Source of the DNA: Endozoicomonas acroporae
GTDB taxonomy: Bacteria; Pseudomonadota; Gammaproteobacteria; Pseudomonadales; Endozoicomonadaceae
Assembly (NCBI RefSeq): GCF_002864045.1
Contig: NZ_PJPV01000073.1
Span: forward strand, 1-23,852
Direction: 5' to 3'
DNA: 23,852 nt
Part shown: positions 1 through 7,639 of the stretch, piece after piece
Numbering within the stretch: the stretch's first letter is position 1
Layout: every line of letters starts with the position of its first letter
The notes under the pieces: generated by a model
Databases searched by the model: none
The model's input: only the letters and a program-made list of their open reading frames with translations
Told to the model about the DNA's origin: nothing
Made by a program: the position numbers and the translations under genes

Positions 1-2214
1 ACCCACGGTTTCGACCGTGCTGTCCACCGCCATGATGTTGGCAATCATTCCTTTAACCTCACCCCCCCCGATGCCGGCGTATTTTTGTTTACCATTGGTG
101 AGAATATGAATATTTTCCGCCCGGATATTACTGACTGTGCCAGTATCATCAACAACACAGGCTGCTAACCCGGTCGGCTTCGCGGAATTTGTTATATTGG
201 CACGAGTAAACTGAAGGTCACTGATGCTGCCTTCCAGAGTGTCAACAAAACAGTCAGACAGGCCGCTGATGGTACGGCACTGCCCATAGAACTCCCCGGT
301 GAATGGATGGGTATGATTGCCAATGGATTGAAAGTCTTTAGTGACAACAATATCCGCTGTCTGTTGATAGGTACCGTTTAGTGGATAGTCGGGATGTCGG
401 CCAATCTTGCCCAGGGTTTCTGCATCATTAATCTTTATGGGTGTTGATGCTGTAGTGGGTGTTGACTCTTTAGCGGCTGTTGATTCTGTAGCGTCTGTTG
501 ACACTGTAGCGGCATTTACCGGACAAACCGATAAATCCAACGCATCCCGAAATTCAGTTCTCGAAGAGCAATTGGCTGTTAACACACGTGGGTCTGCATT
601 TTGGCAAAGAAGCTGATCATTGGGGATAGATCCAAAATCCTTTTTATGGCCATTGACAAAGCTGTTCACCGCCGTGGTTTTGTCAACCGTTCCTAAATTG
701 TACCCACCCCCGATGCCGGCGTATGCATGTTCACCCTCGGTTGTGAGATGGCTGTTCACCGCCGTGGTGTTGGCAACCGTTCCTAAATTGTACCCACCCC
801 CGATGCCGGCGTATGCATGTTCACCCTCGGTTGTGAGATGGCTGTTCACCGCCGTGGTGTTGGCAACCGTTCCTATAACCCCCCCCCCACCGATGCCGGC
901 GAATGAAGCATAACCCGAAGTTGTGACATGGCTGTTCACCGCCTCGGTGTTGGCAACCGTTCCGTCAACCCGCCCCCCGCCGATGCCGCCTTCTGCACGC
1001 CAACCCACCGTTTCGACCGTGCTGTTCACCGCTGTGGTGTTATCAACCTTTCCTCCAGTTTTAACCCCCCCCACCCCGATGCCGGCGTATGCACGGTCAC
1101 CCTCGGTTGTGACATGGCTGTTCACCGCCGTGGTGTTGCCAACCTTTCCTCCGGCTTTAACCTGCCCCCCCCCGATGCCGGCGTGTGCAAAATCACCCTT
1201 GGTTTCGACCGTGCTGTTCACCGACATTATGTTGCCAACCGTTCCTTTAACCTCACCCCCCCCGATGCCGGCGTCTGCAAGCCGACCCTCGGTTTTGACA
1301 TTGCTGTTCACCGCCATGGTGTTGGCAACCGTTCCTCCACCGTCAACCACGCCCGCGCCAATGCCGGCGTGTGCATCGTCACCCGAGGTGGAAATATGAA
1401 CATTTTCGGCCCGGATATCACTGACTGTGCCATCGGCAGTACAGGCTACCAACCCGGTCGTCTTCGTTGAATTTATATGGGTATCAGTAAAGCCAAGGTG
1501 AGTGATGTTGCCTTGTTTCAGAGTATCAACTAAACAGTCAGGCAGGCCGCTGATGGTACGGCACTGCCCATCGTAATCACCGGTGAATGGGTGGGTATCA
1601 TTGCCAATGGATTGATAGTCTTTAGTGACAACAATATCCGCTGTCTGTCGATATTTGCCGTTCAGTGGATAGGCGGGATCTCGACCAATCTTATCCAGGG
1701 CTTCTGCATCATCAATGGCAATGGATTGCGAATTCGCATACTGAAAAGAGCTGGCCAGCGTGCCAAGGGCAAGCAGTCCTTTGGCTCCCTGACTCCCTTG
1801 ATCGCGGGCCGTGGATGGCTGTTGAAGGGGTACGGTTTTCGAGCCGGATTCTTTTTCCTGAGCCTCTTCCCGGGTTTCTTTTGATGTCTGTGGTAATTCC
1901 GGTTTTGCATCCGCCCCGGACAAACCGCTCCCGGACCAGGCATTGGCCATATCTTTCGCCATGAAAAGGATGGAACTCGACGGCAGGATAGTTGTTGTGG
2001 CCAGTCGCAAAAGATCTTTCACTGCTTTGCGGGAATTGAAACTGAGGCAAGGGTCTTCCATTGGAATCAATGATTTCACAAATGCTTTAGAAACAGCAAC
2101 GCCATGGCCGAGCCAGGAATATTCGGCACCATTCCCTGAACATTGGGAAGCGCTGTCGCAAATTGGTTGCTGAATTGATTGCTGAATGGGTTGCTGATTG
2201 GATTGCTGAATCAT
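1..2214 (-). CDS. Large repetitive surface/secreted protein, N-terminal 738 codons only (3' end lies beyond the window). It has two modules, each a conserved cap followed by 30-32 aa Gly-rich GLUG-like repeats.
   Basis: Hand translation of the minus strand from ATG 2214..2212 (SD aggag 8 nt upstream) is stop-free for 738 codons down to position 1. It is absent from the ORF track because it has no in-window stop. The repeat consensus is GTVANTTAVNSHVTTEG..AYAGIGGG. The cap motif D.E.L.KIGR.P.YPLNG.Y.QTADIVVTKD.QSIGN.THPFTG...GQCRTISGL occurs twice (encoded at about 1500-1725 and 200-445). All track ORFs between 407 and 2173 lie inside it in other frames. Confidence 0.8.
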   Translation of the reverse strand, partial: MIQQSNQQPIQQSIQQPICDSASQCSGNGAEYSWLGHGVAVSKAFVKSLIPMEDPCLSFNSRKAVKDLLRLATTTILPSSSILFMAKDMANAWSGSGLSGADAKPELPQTSKETREEAQEKESGSKTVPLQQPSTARDQGSQGAKGLLALGTLASSFQYANSQSIAIDDAEALDKIGRDPAYPLNGKYRQTADIVVTKDYQSIGNDTHPFTGDYDGQCRTISGLPDCLVDTLKQGNITHLGFTDTHINSTKTTGLVACTADGTVSDIRAENVHISTSGDDAHAGIGAGVVDGGGTVANTMAVNSNVKTEGRLADAGIGGGEVKGTVGNIMSVNSTVETKGDFAHAGIGGGQVKAGGKVGNTTAVNSHVTTEGDRAYAGIGVGGVKTGGKVDNTTAVNSTVETVGWRAEGGIGGGRVDGTVANTEAVNSHVTTSGYASFAGIGGGGVIGTVANTTAVNSHLTTEGEHAYAGIGGGYNLGTVANTTAVNSHLTTEGEHAYAGIGGGYNLGTVDKTTAVNSFVNGHKKDFGSIPNDQLLCQNADPRVLTANCSSRTEFRDALDLSVCPVNAATVSTDATESTAAKESTPTTASTPIKINDAETLGKIGRHPDYPLNGTYQQTADIVVTKDFQSIGNHTHPFTGEFYGQCRTISGLSDCFVDTLEGSISDLQFTRANITNSAKPTGLAACVVDDTGTVSNIRAENIHILTNGKQKYAGIGGGEVKGMIANIMAVDSTVETVG
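661..1392 (-). repeat. About eight tandem 90-96 bp (30-32 codon) repeats inside the repeat-protein gene
   Basis: Units start with gctgttcacc at 661, 751, 841, 931, 1021, 1117, 1213 and 1303. Units 661-750 and 751-840 differ at only 2 positions. Confidence 0.9.
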
Positions 2215-2237
2215 AAACAGGACTCCTGCTGTTGTAG

Positions 2238-2425
2238 TACATGGTTTCAATGAGTTTGACGGGTTGTAGTTATCACAAGCCTCTGCACTCCGTTCGTCCT
2301 GAGTACTGAGCTTGTCGAAACATCGAAGGGCGCAAACTCCGGGCCATGATAGATCGTGCCAACACCCTTCGACTCCGCTCAGGATGAACGGAGTTGGTAC
2401 ACGTCAATCTCCTTGAAATGATGTA
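2238..2425. mobile_element. MITE family 1 copy (IR termini tacatggtttcaatgagtttgac; internal ccgttcgtcctgag...gtcgaaggg hairpins), flanked by a GTAG duplication
   Basis: GTAG occurs at 2234-2237 and 2426-2429. The sequence is co-linear (inverted) with the copies at 3155-3376 and 6063-6240. It sits 20 nt upstream of the ATG at 2214. Confidence 0.8.
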
Positions 2426-2848
2426 GTAGTGCATAACAGTACATTAGAAAGCGCACAAAAAATGACGGCGCACTCCCTTGTTCGTTTATGCATTGACGTA
2501 AAAGTTCCCGGGTTATATTTTTTTTAGTGGACGCGATGCCTACGTTAAAAGTGTCGTGTTATCTTTATACTTGAATGGTGGTAAAACTAATTAAAATTAG
2601 CGAAAAAAGTAGCGTTTTAATCCTTCTAGCTTATTGATGGCCGTTTATTCAGATGTAATTTTGTATTCCTATTCGTCTATGCAGTGACGTAAAATTTTTG
2701 AGTTATTTTTTTTATTTTAGGGTATAAAAAGTCACATCGTCGTTTATCCATTAACCATTTTTTTTGCACCATCGAAAACCAACCCATCAACCGCCCAAAA
2801 AAGAAGTATTCCTGATCAGCAGGGCAGTCTATTCTCGGCCAACTACTT

Positions 2849-3009
2849 ATACCAATTCCACCTTCTAAATATGAACTGCGCAGCCATTTTGAACAGCTGG
2901 ATCTTCGTTGGAATTCCTCGCAATAGCCCTGCTATTACTCGTCATTCCGCCTTGCCCAGCTGTCCAAAATGACTTGCTCGATCTCATATTTAGAAGGCGG
3001 AATTGGTAT
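2849..3009. repeat. About 160-bp imperfect palindrome (MITE-like, family 5)
   Basis: ataccaattccaccttctaaatatga (2849-2874) is the reverse complement, with 1 mismatch, of tcatatttagaaggcggaattggtat (2984-3009). A second inner inverted pair is gccattttgaacagctgg / ccagctgtccaaaatgac. Confidence 0.6.
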
Positions 3010-3011
3010 TA

Positions 3012-3421
3012 GGAATTGTCCCGAAATAATTTCCACATTTTGGACTCGATCTCCGTTCATCCTGAGTGCTGAGCTTGTCGAAGCATCGAAGGGTGATTGG
3101 CACAATACATGAGGCCGGAGTTCACGCCCTTCGACAGGCTCAGGACGAACGTAGTACATGGTTTCAATGAGTTTGACGTGTACGATCTCCGTTCACCCTG
3201 AGCGTCCTTCGGCTCCGCTCAGGATGCACGGACGAAGGGTGCTTGGCACGATCTATCAGAGTCCGGAGTTTCCGCCTTTAGGCCCTATGGGTCCTTCGAT
3301 GCTTCGACAAGCTCAGCACTCAGGACGAACGGAGTGCGGAGGCACGACAACCCGTCAAACTCATTGAAACCATGTAGTAGTTTTGAAACTCAGAAATATG
3401 GAAATTATTTCAGGACAGCTC
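3012..3421. mobile_element. MITE family 2 copy (termini ggaattgtcccgaaataatttcc / ggaaattatttcaggacagctc) carrying a nested family 1 MITE
   Basis: The terminal inverted repeats are visible. The right half is co-linear with the truncated copy at 9372-9482, which lacks the nested insert. Confidence 0.7.
3155..3376. mobile_element. MITE family 1 copy, best preserved (perfect 24-bp terminal inverted repeats), nested in family 2 with a GTAG duplication
   Basis: The left end tacatggtttcaatgagtttgacg equals the reverse complement of the right end. GTAG occurs at 3151-3154 and 3377-3380. The empty site gaacGTAGttttgaaact is present at 9433-9450. Confidence 0.9.
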
Positions 3422-3437
3422 ATCAGCCATTGGGGAA

Positions 3438-4442
3438 TCAGCGCTCTGGTGCAGTGGTCAGGCCAAAATGCTGCTGTGAAAAAGCAACCCGTTCTTCAAT
3501 AGGCAGGTCATGCTTGCGCAGGGATTCAATCATTTTCAGCCTGGGCTCGATCCCCTGGCCATTGGCAATCTGAATCGCCAGCCCCGGTCGGGCGTTGAGC
3601 TCCAGAATCAGAGGGCCAAGATGTTTGTCCAGCACCAGATCGACACCCAGGTAGCCCAGGTTGGTCATCTCATAGCAGGTAGCCGACAGGCATAATATCT
3701 TATGCCAGTGGGGCACATTGAGGGTTGAGAAATTGTGGCCCGTATCCGGATGAAGGCTGACCGGCAAATCATGCTGCACACTTCTCAGGCTGTTGCCGGT
3801 TGCCATGTCCAGGCCGACGCCGACTGCCCCCTGGTGCAGGTTGGCCTTGCCATCGGATTTCCGGGTGGCCAGACGCATCATTGCCATAACGGGAAAGCCC
3901 CGGAACACAATGACGCGGATATCCGGTACACCTTCAAAGCTGTAGTCATTAAAAATGGGGTCAGCGACGATCAGGCTTTCGATAACGGCGACGTCTGATT
4001 TGCCGCCCAGACTGTAGAGACCGCCGAGAATATTGGACACATCACGGCTAATGGCGTCAAAGGATAAGCTGTCGCCGCTGGCCTTGACGTATCGATCACC
4101 ATCACGGCCGGTAATCACCAGAATGCCTTTGCCGCCACTGCCCTTGGCCGGTTTGATAACAAACTTCTCCAGTGGTTCCAGAATGCCTTTTAACTTGCGG
4201 ATATCGGACTGGTATTCAATCACGCCAATCAGTTTTGGTACATCAACACCGGCTTTCTCGGCCATGCGTTTGGTGGTCAGTTTGTCGTCCACCAGGGGCA
4301 TGAGGCGTCTGGGGTTATATCGGGAGATATAATTCAGGTTGCGGTTGTTCATGCTGAGTATCCCGGACTCTCTGAGCCGGGAGGGTGTGGTAATTGAGTT
4401 TTTTGTCAGCGTGTTGTGCACCAGGCTTGTTAACCATCCCAT
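3438..4442 (-). CDS. RimK-related ATP-grasp ligase (alpha-L-glutamate ligase-like protein)
   Basis: This is a 334-aa ORF with the Gly-rich ATP-grasp loop FVIKPAKGSGGKGILV and the C-terminal GVDLVLD...GPLILELNARPG (E-x-N metal site). SD gaggt lies 8 nt before the ATG, which is 12 nt after the upstream stop. Confidence 0.8.
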   Translation of the reverse strand: MGWLTSLVHNTLTKNSITTPSRLRESGILSMNNRNLNYISRYNPRRLMPLVDDKLTTKRMAEKAGVDVPKLIGVIEYQSDIRKLKGILEPLEKFVIKPAKGSGGKGILVITGRDGDRYVKASGDSLSFDAISRDVSNILGGLYSLGGKSDVAVIESLIVADPIFNDYSFEGVPDIRVIVFRGFPVMAMMRLATRKSDGKANLHQGAVGVGLDMATGNSLRSVQHDLPVSLHPDTGHNFSTLNVPHWHKILCLSATCYEMTNLGYLGVDLVLDKHLGPLILELNARPGLAIQIANGQGIEPRLKMIESLRKHDLPIEERVAFSQQHFGLTTAPER

Positions 4443-4454
4443 GGAAACCGACCT

Positions 4455-5987
4455 CTACTTATCCGAATGAACCAGTGGATAGAACCGCTTGAGTTCAAGC
4501 AGTCGATAGCCAGTGTACTGACCAAGCAGCAGAACAATGCCCAACAAGGTGAGCATCAGTTCAGGGAAGTTGAAGGTGAGCTGTTCGACAATGGGGTTGG
4601 ACATCAACAGGTAACTCAGGGTGGCTACCAGAAGACTGCCGCCGCCTTCTTTCACGACATCGCCGGGGCCTTCTTCTTCCCAGAGGATGGACATCCGCTC
4701 AATGGTCCATGCCAGAATGATCATCGGGAAGAAAGTGACCGTCAGTGCCTGGGTAATGCCCAGTTTCCAGCTGAAGATGCTCATGGCGGCCATGATCAGA
4801 ATGACAACAATGATGACAGCCCCCAGCCGCGCCACTAGCAGCATGTTTTGCTGACTAAGGAAAGATCGTATCCATAAACCAATGGATACCAGGGAGGTGA
4901 AAATCACCAGCCCGGGTATTAATTGAGTTTGCAGGAAAGCCATGGCAATCAGCACCGGCATAAAGGTGCCGGAGGTGCGCAGACCAACGATGATGCGCAT
5001 AAATAGCACAACCAATACCCCGATCGGTATCAATAGAATGATCTTAAAGGCGTTCTGGACTTCCAATGGCAGGGAGTAGATGGAAAAGTCTATTAAGGCA
5101 GCACCATCCTGGTTTGCCTGGGTGAGTGCCAGCTCCCGGGTCGGGGCATTCTGGGAAATGATAGAGAACCGGACGTCAGAGTTAACCCCGCCCATCACAT
5201 CCAGCAGTGATTTGGCCCCGCGCTGCCAGAGAAAGAAGGCGTCCGGATTGCCTGCTTTACCGGTTTTGGGATCAAAGAGCTGCCATTCGGTGCCATCATA
5301 CACCTCTATCATGTCGATAATGGGTTGTCTGCGTCGGCCATCTTCCAGGTGCAGGCCCCGGACAATGCGAGCGGGGATATTACCCATATGGAGTAGATTG
5401 ACCAGCAAGTCCGGAAGCTTAACCCCTTCTTCCACCATGCCGAGCAGCATATTGGTGTTCTGGCCGGGTTCTTTGGCATTAAACTGGCTGATCATGGTGT
5501 CGGCAAAACTGACCGTGTCTGCTGAGTGTTCAGTCACCTGTTTTAACAGGCTTTTGGCGGCGGTTTGATAGGGTTCGGGCAGCACGGGCGCAATGAACGG
5601 TTCGGGCTGGTCATGCACGTTGGGGTTGATGCCGGGCTCCAGACGGATCTTAACCTTATAAAACAGATCCTGGCGACCATCCGCTTTGCGGATACTCCAG
5701 ACCGCACGGCGCTGACCGCCATCGTTGGTCTGGTTAATGCCATAGCCGGGTGAGGCAAAGGATTCATCGAGAATTCTTACATCGGACTGCTGATCCGGAA
5801 GGGTCAGGCTTGCCTGGGCAGCCTGTCCCCGGGCTTTGAAGCTCACCCAGGCTTCAATACTCCAGACAGTAGAGACATCCTTGCCCAATAGCGGAAAACC
5901 CAGTGCAAAGTGTTTGTACAGGGTTAATCCAAGGCCGGCGACAATCAGTCCGGCAATCATAAGGCCAAGCTGAAAACGACCTTTCAT
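4455..5987 (-). CDS. Membrane protein with an N-terminal helix, a large external domain containing an inactive transglutaminase-like core, and about 7 C-terminal TM helices
   Basis: This is a 510-aa ORF with SD gaggaa before the ATG. The segment NIPARIVRGL...IEVYDGTEWQLFDP resembles a transglutaminase core, but I see no Cys or His at the expected nucleophile positions. Residues about 315-500 are hydrophobic helices. Confidence 0.75.
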   Translation of the reverse strand: MKGRFQLGLMIAGLIVAGLGLTLYKHFALGFPLLGKDVSTVWSIEAWVSFKARGQAAQASLTLPDQQSDVRILDESFASPGYGINQTNDGGQRRAVWSIRKADGRQDLFYKVKIRLEPGINPNVHDQPEPFIAPVLPEPYQTAAKSLLKQVTEHSADTVSFADTMISQFNAKEPGQNTNMLLGMVEEGVKLPDLLVNLLHMGNIPARIVRGLHLEDGRRRQPIIDMIEVYDGTEWQLFDPKTGKAGNPDAFFLWQRGAKSLLDVMGGVNSDVRFSIISQNAPTRELALTQANQDGAALIDFSIYSLPLEVQNAFKIILLIPIGVLVVLFMRIIVGLRTSGTFMPVLIAMAFLQTQLIPGLVIFTSLVSIGLWIRSFLSQQNMLLVARLGAVIIVVILIMAAMSIFSWKLGITQALTVTFFPMIILAWTIERMSILWEEEGPGDVVKEGGGSLLVATLSYLLMSNPIVEQLTFNFPELMLTLLGIVLLLGQYTGYRLLELKRFYPLVHSDK

Positions 5988-6062
5988 TCTTTTCCTCGCT
6001 TTTAACTGTCTATCTTGGGTTCAGTTGATATAAGGGAGCCTGGCTAAACTGTGCCCGGCTAG

Positions 6063-6240
6063 TACATGGTTTCAATGTACAGGATGGGTTCCCTCTATCA
6101 ATGACGCTCAAACTCCATTCGTCCTGAGCGGAGTCGAAGGGCGTAAACTCCGTGCCCTGAATAAAGACTGTGCCAATCACCCTTCGACTCCGCTCAGGGT
6201 GAACGGAGATGGTACACACCAAACTCATTGAAATGGTGTG
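6063..6240. mobile_element. MITE family 1 copy with a CTAG duplication, inserted in the intergenic spacer of the three-gene module
   Basis: CTAG occurs at 6059-6062 and 6241-6244. The termini are degenerate but recognisable (tacatggtttcaatg / cattgaaatggtgtg). Confidence 0.8.
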
Positions 6241-6256
6241 CTAGGCTGTATGCCGC

Positions 6257-7420
6257 TCAGGGCTGTTTGGTATCCGCTGTGTATTCTCTGGATACATCCA
6301 CAAGCGCTCGTTTCTCAAGGAAACGGGCACCGATCAATGCCGGGAATTCATAGTTTTCCCGGCTGCGCAAAGTGAATTGTGTCGGTACAAGGATGTCACC
6401 AATGCTGGCATTCAACGTGATCACCGGGCGTCGTTCAGGCTCTTCTCCATGACGTTTGATCCGAACAAACCGGGTGACCGGCTCCTGCATGGAGATAAGA
6501 TCACCAGTGGAGTTTGCCAATCGGAAGCGAACCCAGTCTTGGCCATCTTTTTCGAAAAACTCAATCTCCCGTGCATCAATGGATGAGGTCAGGGCACCGG
6601 TATCAATTCGGGCTTTGAGGACCGTATCGGCATCAGGCAGCGTCATATGTTCAACAGCGCCCACGGTGACCAGACCTTTAATGCTGACCGGTTTGATGAT
6701 CGCCCTGGTGTAGGATTTCTGGGTAACGGGAACCAGGGCTTTACGGTTATTGGAGCTGATCACCGTTTTAGTGGCAATATGCTTCTGATTGACGTCGATA
6801 ACGGCCAGATCCTGCATAAAGCTGCGCCCGATCAGCAGCGGTGACTCATAGTTGCTGCGATCAGTCAGTGAAACAGGCACTGACTGGGTAATGTCACCGA
6901 TGGTTATGGTCATCATGACAATCGGGCGCTCCACCGATGGGAGCCCCGGACGTTTGATCCGGGTGACACTTTTCAGCGGTAACTCCATCAGCTCAGTCCC
7001 TTTGGACGTACGATGGAGCTCAAACCTGACCCACTTTTTGCTATCACGCTCAAAAAACTGGATCTCTCTGGCATCCACGGAACTGTTTTCCGCGCCAGTA
7101 TCCAGCTTTGCCTCCATTTTGAGGTTCAGGTTTGGCAGGGTAGCGGTTTCGTTGATGCCAAGAACGAGCAGGCCATCCTGGTGAGCCGGTGTCTGGATGG
7201 TCTGCTCACGAATGGTAATCGTATGGGTGTCGGCAGGAGGCTTTGTTTGTGCCTCGGGCTTTGCTGGCACCATGGGGTGTTCCGACGTCTCCGGAACCGG
7301 AACGGGTTGGGTAGTACGAGAATCGTCCCTGGCGGGACGCTCTTTATAAAAAGCTGTCTGGCATCCGGTTAAAATCATGGTTAAAACAAATAAAGCAGGC
7401 AGAGCCAAGTTGCGGAACAT
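6257..7420 (-). CDS. Lipoprotein with two tandem DUF785 / 'ATP-dependent zinc protease'-type retropepsin-like domains
   Basis: I moved the start to ATG 7420 (MFRNLALPALFVLTMILTGC, lipobox LTG|C). The 111 extra codons of track ORF 6257..7753 read through the 137-bp repeat. There are two D-T-G-A motifs in parallel contexts: KLDTGAENSSVDAREIQFFERDSKKWVRF and RIDTGALTSSIDAREIEFFEKDGQDWVRF. Confidence 0.75.
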   Translation of the reverse strand: MFRNLALPALFVLTMILTGCQTAFYKERPARDDSRTTQPVPVPETSEHPMVPAKPEAQTKPPADTHTITIREQTIQTPAHQDGLLVLGINETATLPNLNLKMEAKLDTGAENSSVDAREIQFFERDSKKWVRFELHRTSKGTELMELPLKSVTRIKRPGLPSVERPIVMMTITIGDITQSVPVSLTDRSNYESPLLIGRSFMQDLAVIDVNQKHIATKTVISSNNRKALVPVTQKSYTRAIIKPVSIKGLVTVGAVEHMTLPDADTVLKARIDTGALTSSIDAREIEFFEKDGQDWVRFRLANSTGDLISMQEPVTRFVRIKRHGEEPERRPVITLNASIGDILVPTQFTLRSRENYEFPALIGARFLEKRALVDVSREYTADTKQP

Positions 7421-7639
7421 GTGACAAGCACTACGTTTTTTGGGGACTATTGAAGGCGCACACATTTTATGCGTGCAGCCATGGCGGTTGCCTGTCATCA
7501 ACAAAACCGTAGTGCCTGAAGGAGTCCGGTGATAGTGGCTGAAGTATTGGCAACTAAAAGCGAGGAAGCTTACTTGATCTGCCTTCGCTTGCCAATTGTT
7601 AATCTTGACTAAATTCTGAGATGTGACGGGAGCCGAATG

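Noticed and set aside
407-2173. Track ORFs on both strands, including the Pro-rich repetitive plus-strand ORFs 620-913, 923-1399 and 928-1470
   Set aside because: All lie within, and out of frame with or antisense to, the 738-codon minus-strand frame 1-2214. Their repetitiveness merely mirrors the GLUG-like repeats. The minus-strand frame has a coherent domain architecture and an SD/ATG.
2837-2847. An 11-nt match to the MITE family 3 terminus (ggccaactact plus TA)
   Set aside because: It is too short to call as a feature on its own and is mentioned only as a possible solo end. The similar remnant at 21727-21737 is more credible because it coincides with a gene break.
2935-3367. ORFs 2935-3159(-) and 3158-3367(+). 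The same applies to 6010-6228(-), 9313-9570(-), 9391-9594(+), 9902-10279(-), 10111-10329(+), 11744-12019(+), 17296-17670(+), 19846-20076(+) and 23323-23565(-).
   Set aside because: They are read-throughs of MITE/REP-like palindromes, or antisense to real genes. Their peptide motifs (VRPEPVEG, FDKLSTQDE, SPCLFASV and similar) are typical repeat-derived artefacts.
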